Origin: Squalus acanthias
Taxonomy: Eukaryota
Assembly: GCA_030390025.1 (NCBI GenBank)
Contig: CM059432.1
Location: 26,662,001-26,726,000 of the forward strand
Length of the DNA stretch: 64,000 bases
Direction: 5' to 3'
Shown: piece after piece, positions 49,483-61,759 of the stretch
How positions within the stretch are numbered: the stretch's first letter is position 1
Layout: each line of letters starts with the position of its first letter
Translations under genes and position numbers: made by a program
Notes under the pieces: generated by a model
What the model saw: the letters and a program-made list of their open reading frames with translations, nothing else
Told to the model about the DNA's origin: nothing
Databases searched by the model: none

Positions 49483-51199
49483 CCCTGTTGGACAAATAGT
49501 TCTTCTTGAATCAAGTTCAGGATTACAAAAGACGTATTAGAAAAGCCTTCAACAGATGTGAAATCCTTTTGTGGTACAATGGTTGAAGACTCCGATTCAT
49601 GGCAGTTGGGCTTCATGATGAGTTAAGAGCTGTTGAGACAAAAAGAAATATTGAGCACAGAAGAGGAAACTAAGGCAAATTCTTAGAGCTAGTTTGAGCC
49701 AGATGAAAAAAAGAAAGTAAAAATATTAATTAAGAAATGTACAGTAAAATAAAACAAGAAAATAAATTAGGGAAAAGGTATACACTTTTTACCAAGAAAA
49801 CTTGGTAAAAAGTGATGATAAAGTGCAAGTGTAAACAGATAACATGGTTTTCATCGAGCTACAAGAGGCTAAAAATCACAGCTCTGGCTCATTAGAATGA
49901 CATATTGGTGACTGCAGCTTTTTCTGCAGAACATCTCTACTTTGTCAATTGTACGAATACCTCTTTATTTTAATTAGCTACAAGTTTTGCTTTTGCAAAA
50001 TAAGCCTTATTTTAAGTCCATGATGTATAAATTATCCTAATATGAAACAGAACTCTAGTTCAGTGACTGCATGTACAGCACAGTCATGAAATGTCCCTCA
50101 CTCCCTTCTGCTCGCTTAGTGTCCAGGGCACTGTTCTACTTTCTCAGCTGCTACAGATTAATTTGAACCATCCTAATTTACTACCATCTCCCAGATGCCT
50201 CCACAGAGCCAAGTGCACACCCGCCTCCCCCACAACACACACTTCCCTAGACACTCCGATTCCTGTAATTCATCATTCTACCATTGTAAATATGAATGTT
50301 TAATGTAGCCTGTTTTGTAACAGTTGAGATTTCTGTGCGTATTGGGAAGGGGGATGGGAAGCGGGACTCGCTGTTGCAAGAATTAATTGGCTTAACTCTT
50401 TTATTTACTATATGTTCCCAGTACAATGCTACTTTTTTTAATTTCCATACGTTAGCAAGAATGTCACTACGGATTTGGAGATTATCCCATAGGATCCTAT
50501 TAAACTTCCTTTTCAAGATGTAAAAACATTAGAACATAAAAGTTCATGTAGTCAGAAAAATTGCAGTAAGATTCGTCATTTATCCCACAGGATCCAATAA
50601 GGTATCAGGGTTCTTGTGACTGGGTGGTGCAGTTCACTTTCCCAGTTGTAATCTAGTTGTGAATGCAATTTGGTGGTCGGGCATGAAAGCCTGGTTTCTC
50701 TGCGTGTAAAGGGTGCTGAATCTTTGGGACAGTCTCAATTCAAGTCCGAGTGGGCAGCATAAAGCTATCCACAATTCAACGTAAAATGGCTGGTGTGAGA
50801 AATGAAAGTTTTACTGGTGCAGAAGGGGGCAATATTCTGAGATAGGGTTAAAGCATGCTGTTAAGGATGGCATGGAGGGTACTTTACTCTATGGCCCTGA
50901 TTTAATGATGAGCAGTAAACAGCCTCATTGGTGGTGAGCGCAGGTTGGAGAATCAGGCACCAAGCCTCGCGGGCCTGGTTTGTTCCCATCCAATTTTGTG
51001 AGGCATCATTTTTGAGGGAGAAAAGAGGTTTTGCCATAGGCAGGCCAAATTCACATTTACATAGTTAAATTATCTAACTCCTAAACAATTTCACATGGCT
51101 ATGTGCCAGTGTGCACCTTCCCCATATATTATCGACACACTTCAGCTCAATGGGCCTGTCCTGCTTTAGACTATTCCTTCAGTCTATTTTTGACACAAG

Positions 51200-52373
51200 G
51201 CGTCAGCCTTGGCTCAGTAGGTTTAAGTCCCACTCCAGAGACTTGAGAACATAATCCAGGCTGGCACTCCAGTGCAGTAATGAGGGAGCTGTCAGAGATG
51301 TTGGCCCAGAAATTCGGGTCCCCACGGGTGAGTACGCGCTGTGTACTCACGCGTAGGGCCACCGGAAGTGCCGGTTTCGCGCATGCACTGCGCATGCACG
51401 GAAAACCGGAACTTCTGGTCTCCTGAAGGAAGGGGTTCGTGGGTCAACTGCGTGCGCGGGAGAGGCAGTGCGTACGCATCGAACTTCCACTTTTTTTACA
51501 GGTTTCTCCGTGCGGGTAAGTCCCTAGCAGCTGCGCATGGAAAAAGCAGGCGGAAGGCCTGCTTTTAACAAGGTAAGAGGTGAATTAAGTAAAATTGAAA
51601 CATTTTTTCCCCAGGTTTATCATTTTTAAATACTTTAAAGAAAGGTAAGTTTATTTTTAGCCCTGTTAAAAACTTTAATAAATGTTTTCAAAAATTTTAA
51701 TTTTTGTTTAAAATAGTTAATTTATGTAATTTATAGTTATTTTAAAAATGTGATGTTTTTTAAAAAAATATTTGAAGTTTTACTTAGGTTTTGGGGCTGA
51801 TCTCTATTCATAGATTTGACAGGTTTTCCTGTCAAATCTATGAATGGAGATTCCCTGCTCCGATTGGCTCCCCATGGACCACGTGATCCCAGGGGACGGT
51901 GCGAACTAGTTGCACCGCTGGGATACGCGAGCACTGCACACCGGCAGCTGGAGGAGGCCCAGGATCGGAATCCCACGCGGGCCCACTGCACAACGGCAGG
52001 CGCGCTATGTAAGTGCAGGTCGGGGGCTTGCGCCCACGGGAAGCGTCCGACCCGAATTTCTGGGCCGATGTCTTTCAGATGAGATGTTAAACCAAGACCC
52101 TGCCTGCCCTCTCAGTTGGATGTAAAAGATCACATGGCACTATATCAAAGCTGGGGAGTTCTCCCCAATGTGCTGGCCAATATATATCCTTCAATCAACA
52201 TCAGTAAAAAAGCTGATTTTCTGGTCATTAGCTCATTGCTGTGCGCAAATTGGCTGCCGTGTTTTCTACATTACAACAGTGACTCCACTTCAAAAAGTAT
52301 TTCATTGGCTGTAAGTGCTTTGGGATGTCCTGAGGCATGAACAGTGCTATATAAACGCAAGTCTTTCTTTCTT
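51200..52373 (+). mobile_element. DeuSINE-like copy split by a MITE
   Basis: Head 51200-51302 and body 52067-52373 colinear with 14960-15425. Confidence 0.85.
51303..52066. mobile_element. Harbinger-type MITE with perfect 18-bp TIRs and AT-rich core
   Basis: GGCCCAGAAATTCGGGTC / GACCCGAATTTCTGGGCC; flanks GTT/GAT. Confidence 0.9.
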
Positions 52374-53037
52374 TAAAGCAAAGTTGCCATTGTTTCAGTT
52401 AATGTTGAAGTGTATATTTTTTTGGCAATGAGCATTTATCTATTTCTCCATTTTTCCTTGAGTATTTCTATTTTGTTTGCTGTTGCCGTCAGTTTTCTGA
52501 ACCAGATGTTCCTGAAGTCTCGACAATTACTGCAGCGGTAAAATTGCAGCCAGCAAAGTTAGAAGGATCGGAATCCCTTTGGCTGTTCTCATATCACTGC
52601 ATGAACTGGGTGAGGAGAATCAATTCATGAAGGGGACAAAATCTTCAGGTCCAACAATACTTCAGGGGGTACATTAGCTGTTGTAAATATCCAAGGCCCC
52701 GTGTTTACAGACCACACCGCTTCTACCTGGCTAGGCCAGAGAAGGCCAGTCTTTATCACCTTCACTTTACTGCAGAGGCAGTGACCGAGCTATGCCATTT
52801 GCTGTGGGCTGGCTTGCATACAATTTAAAGACTCAGAACCATGGTGTTCCACAGTTATGAAGGTCACAACAGCATTCATTTCTACACAGTGGAATCCCAT
52901 CGGCAACTCCAGGGACATCTGCCATGTAAGTCAGTTTGCAGTTCACACCTATATAAAGTGATTGATGTCATGTTTGCCTTTACCACTTTCCCAGAGGCTG
53001 ATAGGCTTCCCAAGAGCCCAAGACATTATAAACTCTC

Positions 53038-54358
53038 AACCTTGGCTCAGTGGTAGTACACTTGCCTCTGAGTCAGAAGGTTGTGGGTTCAAGCAACACT
53101 CCAGAGACTTCTGGGCAGAGACTTCAGTGCAGTACTGACGAAGTGCTGTCTTTTGGATGAGACATTAAACCGAGTCCCCCATCTGTTCTCTCGATGGATG
53201 TAAAATATCACATGGCACTTTTCAAAGAAGAGCAGAGGAATTCTCCCAGTGTTCTGGTCAACATTTATCCCTTAACCAATATCACTAAAACAGATGATCT
53301 AGTCATTTATCTCTTTGCTGTTTGTGGGACCTTGCTGTGTGCAAATTGACCGCTGCCTACATTACAACAGTAACTACACTTCCAAAGTTTTCAATGGTTG
53401 TGAAACGCTTTGGGGAAAAAATTCAGTTAGTTGCGCCTCCCGTTAGCGCCTTAAGAGGGCGCTAATGGGGCGCAAAGCAACTAGCGCCCGGGCGCGGCGA
53501 TGTTTGCGCCACTTGCAAAATTAACTAGACATTTTGCAGCAGCGCTAAACACTGCCTCCATGATCTCCTGCGCCGGCAGATCGTGGCATCAGTCGAGTGC
53601 GCAACGCCCCGGTAACGCCCCGGAGCGGATATTGAGTGGTGCCCCCTACCTTACCGCCTGCCGCTAGCAACGACAGGTTGAGGGGAGCGTTTTACAGTCA
53701 GGAAGGGACTGGGGGAGCGCTATTTAAAGGCGACCGCTTCCTGCCGTTTTTTGTTGGCGACATTTGTGAACTACGCATTCTGAGAGAGAGAGAGAGAGAC
53801 TTCTGGAGAGATTCAACGCTGTGTGAAGGAGTTTTGGGTAATGAGCAGCACTTTGCAGGTTCATTTTGATTTGCCCTTCCTTGTATCGATTTAGAAGAGA
53901 CTTGGGGGCTGCACTCTGAGCTCTTTCCCTGGGCCTCTCCATTGTTCTTTCCAGCAAATTTGATGTACAGGTCTCTCCAGGCTGAGATTCAAGGCTGCAA
54001 TGAGCAGGATGTGGATGGAAAGCAAGATCAACCCTCCCCTTTAAGAACTGGCCGGGGCCATTGTGTCTGTGTTCCATTGCTGACTGACATCACATGAGCT
54101 TCGCCAGCGCTCTGAGTGAGCGCCTCGCTCTTCGGCCTTTGCGCCTTAAGACAGATGTGTAGCACCTGATTTAGCACTCCAATCACCTCCAGGGGCGATA
54201 AAAGTCAAGTTTGCAGTCGGAGGCGATAATTAGCGCCAGGCGCTAATCTTTGCGCCCAGCCGATAATTGCGCCCCAAACGGGGCAATACTGAATTTTTCC
54301 CCCTTTGTGGCTTCCTGACTATGTGAAAGATGCTATATAAATGCAAATGTTTTCTTTC
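53038..54358 (+). mobile_element. DeuSINE-like copy, tail split by a MITE
   Basis: TGGCTCAGTGG, GGTTCAAGC, core; tail resumes at 54304. Confidence 0.85.
53412..54303 (-). mobile_element. Non-autonomous deletion derivative of the 6292-12519 Harbinger family
   Basis: Both ends align to that element in opposite orientation; TIRs GGGGAAAAAATTCAGT / ACTGAATTTTTCCCCC; TSD TTT. Confidence 0.92.
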
Positions 54359-54517
54359 ATCCCATGCATCGGGGTCAGATTTGAACCCAGGTCCCAGAGG
54401 TGAATAATTAGTGGCAAACATTCGGTTTTGTTCACAAGCATTTGACGTAATACTGTAAATCATGATTCAAACAACAAAAAGAAAGATTTTCTGAACATTT
54501 TTTAGTGATGACAATTA

Positions 54518-55261
54518 GGGGTAAAAATTCAGTTGGTTGCGCCTCCCGTTAGCACCTTAAGAGGGCGCTAATGGGGCGCAAAGCCGCTAGCGCCCGGGCG
54601 CAGCGATGTTTGCGCCGCTCGGGAACTTAACTCGAGATTGTGCGGCGGCGCTAAACTTTACCGCTGCGACCACCTGCGCACGCAGATTGTGACGTCATTC
54701 CATGGTGCAACGCCCTTGTGGCGCCCCGGAGCGGAAATTGAGTGGCGCCCCCTGCCTTACCGCCTGGCGCATCCAACGACCGGAAGACTGGAACGCTATC
54801 AATCGCTGTGGGGCTGGGGGGGGCGCTATTTAAAGGGGGCCTCTTCCTGTCTTTTTCTGTGGTTGACATTTTTGCACCACTCGTTCTGAGAGAGAGAGAG
54901 AGATTCGGAGAGAGAGAAAGAGAGACTTCTGCATTGAGTCAACGCTTTGTGAGGTAGTTTTGCCTACTGATCCTAACAGTTGCCCCCCCCCCCCCGCTTT
55001 AAGAACTGGCCGGCGCCAGTGTGTCTGTGTTCCCTCGCTAACTGGCAGCACCTGCGCTGCGCTCGCGCGCTGAGTTAGCGCCTCACTGCTCGGCCTTTGC
55101 GCCTTAAGACAGGTGTGCAGCGCCTGATTTAGCGCTCCACTCACCTCCCGGGGCGGTAAAAGTGAAGTTTCCAGTCAGTGGCGATAATTAGCGCCAGGCG
55201 CTAATATTTGCGTCCAGACGATATTTGCGCCCCAAACGGGGCGCAACCTAATTTTTCCCCC
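54518..55261 (-). mobile_element. Second non-autonomous derivative of the same Harbinger family
   Basis: Colinear with 53412-54303 with a larger internal deletion; flanks TTA/TGT do not match. Confidence 0.88.
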
Positions 55262-58200
55262 TGTCACTTTAACTCACCAGAATGCATTGATACATTTTGT
55301 TTTACAGGGCCTGGACTTGGATAATAAACGAGGGAGGGAGGGAGGGCGAGAAGGATATGATTGGCAGGAACTGCCGCCCTTCCCTCAGGAAAAAAAATCC
55401 TAGTGATCTCCAAGATATTGATCCGCATAAATCACCATTTGGATCCTCTTGTGCCGACAGTCTGAGATGGTAATATGTGTAAAATATACTGATCGCAACA
55501 TGGCGTTATGTGGGCGTCTCCTGCATTGTGCAACAGAAAAAAAATTAAAGGAAAAGGTGCAACAACACAGTCTCCACAGAGAATGCAAAACTCACTACAA
55601 CACTAGGTTGAATTACATAGCCAGTACATTAGTGGTCCTCTGGGGCCTCATTATTGCCAGCCTTTCAAAGCATTACTTGTCACCTCCAATAGTCATCTAC
55701 TTTGGCCAGTGCTGCTCATCAGCGGTGTAGAGTGTCTGTGGTGTCGACCTTTATCAGCAAAGTATTAACTTTACAGGGGCTATTTACTTAGCAGCACCAT
55801 AGTTATTCTAGTTCTGCTCCCAAGGAAGATTAAACTTGATCCTCGCTCCACTCAGTTCTCAATCTAAACTGCATCAACTAGTGAGGTACTGAGAGGAGAC
55901 AGCAGTGTATCTCTTTGAGGGGAGCAATAGTGAATATCAAAAGTCATGTCCAAGCGGATCCTGAGTGTCTCCTGGCCGTAACCTCCAATCTTTCTCTTTA
56001 GATGTCTCCCAACCTTTCTCGTCTTTCATTATTTTATTTAATATAATCTAACTATTCCTCAGAACCTTACTCTTTCCAAATACACCATTCAACATACTAA
56101 ATAGTCCTGGATATAAGGTGTTCAGGAAAGATAGGGAAGGAAAGAAAGGAGGTGGGGTGGGAGTATTGATTAAGGAGAATATTACAGTGCTGGAGAGAGA
56201 GGATATCCTGGAGGGATCAAGGACAGAATCTATTTGGTTAGAATTAAGAAACAATAGAGGTGCCATTACACTACTGGGTGTAATCTATAGGCCACCAACT
56301 AATGGGAAGGATATCGAGGAGCAAATTTGCAGGAAAATTACAGAGAGGTACAAGAACTATAGAGTGGTGATAATGGGGGACTTCAACTATCCTAATGTAG
56401 ACTGGGATAGTAATAGTGTAAAGGGAAGAGAGGCGTCCAGGAGAACTTTCTTGATCAGTACATTTCCGGTCCAACAAGGAAGGAGGCATTGCTGGATATG
56501 GTTCTGGGGAATGAGATGGGTCAAGTGGAGCAATTGTCAGTAGGGGAATATTTAGGGAACAGTGATTATAGCATCATAAGGTTTAGATTAGCTATGGAAA
56601 AGGACAGGGAGCAATCTAGAGTAAAAATACTTAATTGGAGGAAGGCCAATTTCAGTGGGTTGAGAATGGATCTGGCCCAGGTAAATTGGAATCAAAGATT
56701 GGCAGGCAAAACTGTAATCAAACAATGGGTTGCCTTTAAAGAGGAGATGGTTCGGGTACAGTCGAGGTACATTCCCAAGAGGGGGAAAGGTAAGGGAACC
56801 AAAGTTAGAGCTCCCTGGATGACGAAAGAGATAGAGAGTAAGATGAAACAGAAAGATGACAGATGTCAGGTTGAGAATACAAGTGAGAACCAGGCTGAAT
56901 ATAGAAAGTTCGGAGGGGAAGTGAAAAAGGAAATAAGAGGGGGAAAGAGAGAGTATGAGAATAGATTGGCAGCTAACTTAAAAGGGAATCCAAAAGTCTT
57001 CTATAAGAATATAAATAATAAATGGGTAGTAACAGGAGGGGTGGGGCCAATTAGGGACTAAAATGGAGACCTATGCATGGAGGCAGCGGGCATGGCTGAG
57101 ATACTAAATGAATACTTTGCATCTGTCGTTACCAAGGAAGAAGATGCTGCCAAAGTCATAGTGAAAGAGGAGGTAGTTGAGATGCTGGATGGGATAAAAA
57201 TTGATAAAGAAGAAGTACTGGAAAGGCTGGCTGTACTTAAAGTAGATAAGTCACCAGGACCGGATGAGATGCATCCTAGGATGCTGAGGGAAGTAAAGGT
57301 GGAAATTGTGGAGGTACTGGCCATAATCTTCCAATCCTCCTTAGATACGGGGGTGGTGGCAGAGGACTGGAGAATTGCAAATGCTATACCTTGTTCAAAA
57401 ACGAGTGTAAGGATAAACCCAGCAACTACAGGCCAGTCAGTTTAACCTCAGTAGTGGAGAAGCTTTTAGAAACGATAATCCGGGACAAAATTAACAGTCA
57501 CTTGGACAAGTGTGGATTAATTAAGGAAAGCCAGCATGGATTTGTTAAAGGCAAATCGTGTTTAACTAACTTGATTGAGTTTTTTGATGAGGTAACAGAG
57601 AGGGTTGATGAGGGCAATGTGGTTAATGTGGTGTACATGGACTTCCAAAAGGCATTTGATAAAGTGCCACATAATAGGCTTGCCAGCAAAGTTGAAGCCC
57701 ATGGAATAAAAGGCACAGTGGCAGCACGGATACGAAATTGGCTAAGTGACAGGAAACAGAGTAGTGGTGAACAGTTGTTTATCAGACTGGAGGACAGTAC
57801 ACAGTGGTGTTCCCCGGGGGTCAGTACTAGGACCACTGCTTTTCTTGATATGTATTAATGACTTGGACTTGGGTGTACAGGGCACAATTTCAAAAAATTG
57901 CAGATGACACAAAACATTGGAAGTATAGTGAACAATGAAGAGGATAGTGAGAGACTTCAAGAGGACATAGACAGACTGGTGGAATGGGTGGACACGTGGC
58001 AGATGAAATTTAACGCAGTAAAGTGCGAAGTGATACATTTTGGGAGGAAGAACGAGGAGAGGCAATTCTAAAGGGGGTACATGAACAGAGAGACCTGGGG
58101 GTGTATATATACACAAATTGTTGAAGGTGCAGGGCAGATTGAGAAAGCGGTTAAAAAAGCATATGGGATCCTGGGCTTCATAAATAGAGATGCCGGCGTT

Positions 58201-58267
58201 GGACTGGGGTGGACAAAAATGAGAAGTCGCACAACACCAGGTTATAGTCCAACAGATTTATTTAATT

Positions 58268-58305
58268 TTACAAGCTTTCGGAGCTGTCGCTCCTTCGTCA
58301 GGTAA
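58268..58305 (-). ncRNA. Minimal hammerhead ribozyme motif
   Basis: Reverse complement of 59777-59814. Confidence 0.78.
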
Positions 58306-58785
58306 GTTAGCAATGAGAGAATCTCCCAGAATTCACAATTTAAACCCAGACAAAATCTATTCACATTATTCGCTACAACAAAGAGCACAGCCAAGACAAT
58401 GAGATGTGTCCCAGGGGGTCCAACGTGTCAAACCACCTGCTGGCTGCATATCCTGTCAATTTGTGTTCTTGTGTTAGCCTTTTTAAAAAAAAAAACAAAA
58501 AAAAAAAACAAAAAAAACACCTGGAAAGACCGGCCATGATGTCAAGTCACGTTCTGTATCGTGACATGAACCCGATATCGCGATTGAGGCCATCCTCATG
58601 AGTGCGGAACTTGGCTATCAGTTTCTGCTCTATGATTTTGCGCTGTCGTGTATCTCGAAGGCCGCCTTGGAGAACGCTTACCCGCAGATCCGAGGCTGAA
58701 TGCCCCTGGCTGCTGAAGTGTTCCCCGACTGGGAGGCAACCCTCCTGCCTGGCGATTGTTGCGCGGTGTCCGTTCATACGTTGTC

Positions 58786-59532
58786 GTAAGAACGGGATAT
58801 GACGCTCGACTCGTCGATCGACAGTTCCGACGGGCCACAGCGAAAAACCGCATAGACCTCCTCAGAAGACGAACACGGGACACAACCAACAGAGTACCCT
58901 ACGTCGTCCAGTACTTCCCCGGAGCGGAGAAACTACGCCATGTTCTTCGCAGCCTTCAACATGTCATCGATGACGATGAACACATTGCTAAGGCCATCCC
59001 CACGCCTCCACTACTCGCCTTCAAGCAGCCGCCTAACCTCAAAAGTACCATCGTTCGCAGCAGATTACCCATCTTTCAGGAGAACAGCAACCAAGACACC
59101 ACACAACCCTGCCACGGCAACCTCTGCAAGACATGCCAAATCATGGACACAGATACCATCATTACACGTGAGGACACTACCCACCAGGTACACGGTACAT
59201 ACTCATGTGACTCGGCCAACGTTGTCTACCTGATACGTTGCAGTAAAGGATGCTCCAGAGCATGGTACATCGGCGAGACCATGCAGACACTGAGACAACG
59301 TATGAACGGACACCGCGCAACAATCGCCAGGCAGGAGGGTTGCCTCCCAGTCGGGGAACACTTCAGCAGCCAGGGGCATTCAGCCTCGGATCTGCGGGTA
59401 AGCGTTCTCCAAGGCGGCCTTCGAGATACACGACAGCGCAAAATCATAGAGCAGAAACTGATAGCCAAGTTTCGCACTCATGAGGATGGCCTCAATCGCG
59501 ATATCGGGTTCATGTCACGATACAGAACGTGA
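58786..59532 (+). CDS. Penelope RT thumb/linker and GIY-YIG endonuclease, 5'-truncated, open frame
   Basis: CKTC, NVVYLIRCSKGC..WYIGET, LRQRMNGH, VGEHF, EQKLI, GLN. Confidence 0.9.
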   Translation, partial: VRTGYDARLVDRQFRRATAKNRIDLLRRRTRDTTNRVPYVVQYFPGAEKLRHVLRSLQHVIDDDEHIAKAIPTPPLLAFKQPPNLKSTIVRSRLPIFQENSNQDTTQPCHGNLCKTCQIMDTDTIITREDTTHQVHGTYSCDSANVVYLIRCSKGCSRAWYIGETMQTLRQRMNGHRATIARQEGCLPVGEHFSSQGHSASDLRVSVLQGGLRDTRQRKIIEQKLIAKFRTHEDGLNRDIGFMSRYRT

Positions 59533-59776
59533 CTTGACATCATGGCCGGTCTTTCCAGGTGGTTTTTTTTTTTTGGTTTTTTTTGGTTTGTTTTTTAAAA
59601 AAGGCTAACACAAGAACACAAATTGACAGGATATGCAGCCAGCAGGTGGTTTGACACGTTGGACCCCCTGGGACACATCTCATTGTCTTGGCTGTGCTCT
59701 TTGTTGTAGCGAATAATGTGAATAGATTTTGTCTGGGTTTAAATTGTGAATTCTGGGAGATTCTCTCATTGCTAAC

Positions 59777-59814
59777 TTACCTGACGAAGGAGCGACAGCT
59801 CCGAAAGCTTGTAA
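59777..59814 (+). ncRNA. Minimal hammerhead ribozyme motif
   Basis: TTAC CTGACGA A GGAGC GACA GCTCC GAAA GC TT GTAA. Confidence 0.8.
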
Positions 59815-61759
59815 AATTAAATAAATCTGTTGGACTATAACCTGGTGTTGTGCGACTTCTCATTTTCATAAATAGAGGCATAGAGTACAAAAGCAAGGAA
59901 GTTATGATGAACCTTTATAAAACACTGGTTCGGCCTCAACTGGAGTATTGTGTCCAATTCTGGGCACCGCACTTTAGGAAGGATGTGAAGGCCTTAGAGA
60001 GGGTGCAGAAAAGATTTACAAGAATGGTTCCAGGGATGAGGGACTTCATTCATGTGGATAGACTAGAAAAGATGTGGTTGTTCTCCTTAGAACAGAGAAG
60101 ATTGAGAGGAGATTTGATAGAGGTGTTCAAAATCATAAGGGGTCTAGGCAGAGTAGATAGAGAGAAACTGATCCCATTGGCGGAAGGGTCGAGAACCAGA
60201 GGACACAGATTTAAGGTAATTGGCAAAAGAACCAAAGGCGGCATGAGGAAAACCTTTTTTACGCAGCGAGTGGTTAGGATCTGGGAATGCACTGCCTGAG
60301 AGGGTGGTGGAGGCAGACTCAATCATGGCTTTCAAAAGGGAATTGGGTAAGTGCCTGAAGGAAAAAAAAATTGCAGGGCTACGGGGAAAGGGCAGGGGAG
60401 TGGGACTAGCTGAAGTGTTCTTGCAGAGAGCCGGCACGGGCTCGACGGGCCGAATGGCCCCCTTCTGTGCTGTAACCATTCTATGATTCTATGAACATAT
60501 ACGTTTTCCTGCTTACATCCTGACTGCATTGCAATCAAAACTCCTTGCATCATATCCTCTTCTTTCCCCGAACCTCAAAGCTCCTTGACTCCCTCTGTCT
60601 TCTTCTCGTCCTACAAACTACTTTTAAAAGCAAAGCTTAGTATTAGCTAACCATCAGTGCTTTGCTTATCTTGTCTTCTATCCTACCCTTCCCAAACTTG
60701 ATGCTGTCCTGCAATATCAAGGCTTGGGCCTTCACCTAGATTTCCCAATAACTGAGGCTGCATTGAACAATGCCTGGGAGCAGGCTGACTGTGTATTCTC
60801 TCAGCAGTAAACGTGGTTACAATCGAAGCTGAGGGACAATATGCCAAGAGTTAAACTTAAAGAAAAAGAAAGTACTTTAAAAATCAGATTCTTTTTTATT
60901 GATGTATTCACCTAGATTAAAGCCTATTTTGAAAGTTTATTAATATTATGATGGGGTGTGCAAATCTTTTCTCTTTTTGAGCCAATTAGCCGTGTGCCAT
61001 GAGGCACAGAGTACAAGAACAAGGAGATAACGTTGATGTTGTCAGGTTACAGGTGGAGAACGATATTCGGTTTTCAGAACCCCGATATAGGAACAATATA
61101 AAAGCAATGGGAAAAAACATTTAATGGCTGGGAAATCATGAGCTGAGGGCACGTGCCCATGACTACTGAGATGCACTCTCTGCGACTGCTGCTCCTCACA
61201 CATTCCTTGAGATCTTTCCCCTACCAACACTGAAAATAAATCCACCGTGCTCTTAATAAGTGTGAGTGTATAGTCTGCATATTACTGTCACCAATGTTAT
61301 TGTAAGAAAGTTTAATCTGCTTGTACCAAATTCATCTCTTTGCTATTTTTACAGCGGAGGGAGCCCATTTATTTTAAATTCTTCGCATCAAAGTGATCCG
61401 CAAATGGTTAACGCCTCTGTGAAAATGGCTGAGAGAGGAGTTTAAACATGACAGTGTTAAGCGCTCATATTCCAACATTATCAAGAATAATTTCTACCGT
61501 TCTAAGCGTATGCTGTTTCTTAGATTTCATTATTTTATATTAGCTTTCTATTAACTGTTGAGTGTAATTCCTGGACTGGCCCTCATTAGTTATGCATGGT
61601 TGGATGGCAGCAATAAAACACCTTCCCATGGGTTTCCTGCTACTGGCAGAGAGGGAAACTCAGTGGTGCTGCGCCGCTTAAAATGTTGCAGCTAATTAAA
61701 AGGGAACATGTTTTTTCGTGGGGAGCAACAGAACAGTGCAGCAATGAGGATCTAACCAC

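Larger units (their letters stand above)
58190..59866. mobile_element. Penelope-like element with ~570-bp inverted arms (58216-58785 / 59294-59866)
   Basis: GIY-YIG ORF, hammerhead in each arm, 3' extension at 58190-58215; TSD TTCATAAATAGAG at 58177-58189 and 59865-59877. Confidence 0.95.
56090..60494 (+). mobile_element. CR1 LINE (APE to tail) interrupted by a Penelope-like element
   Basis: IYRPP, MGDFN, RT motifs; tail ATTCTATGATTCTATGA. Confidence 0.93.

Noticed and set aside
52493..52537. Possible 45-nt plus-strand exon (FSEPDVPEVSTITAA)
   Set aside because: Weak donor (GTAAAA), no partner exons, no recognisable homology.
53038..53105. tRNA genes here and at 15350-15425 and 48280-48365
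   Set aside because: The A/B boxes continue into SINE or LINE bodies and no full cloverleaf is evident.
58756..58785. N-terminus of the 258-aa GIY-YIG ORF
   Set aside because: These codons come from the inverted arm; the real ORF is 5'-truncated at the inversion junction.
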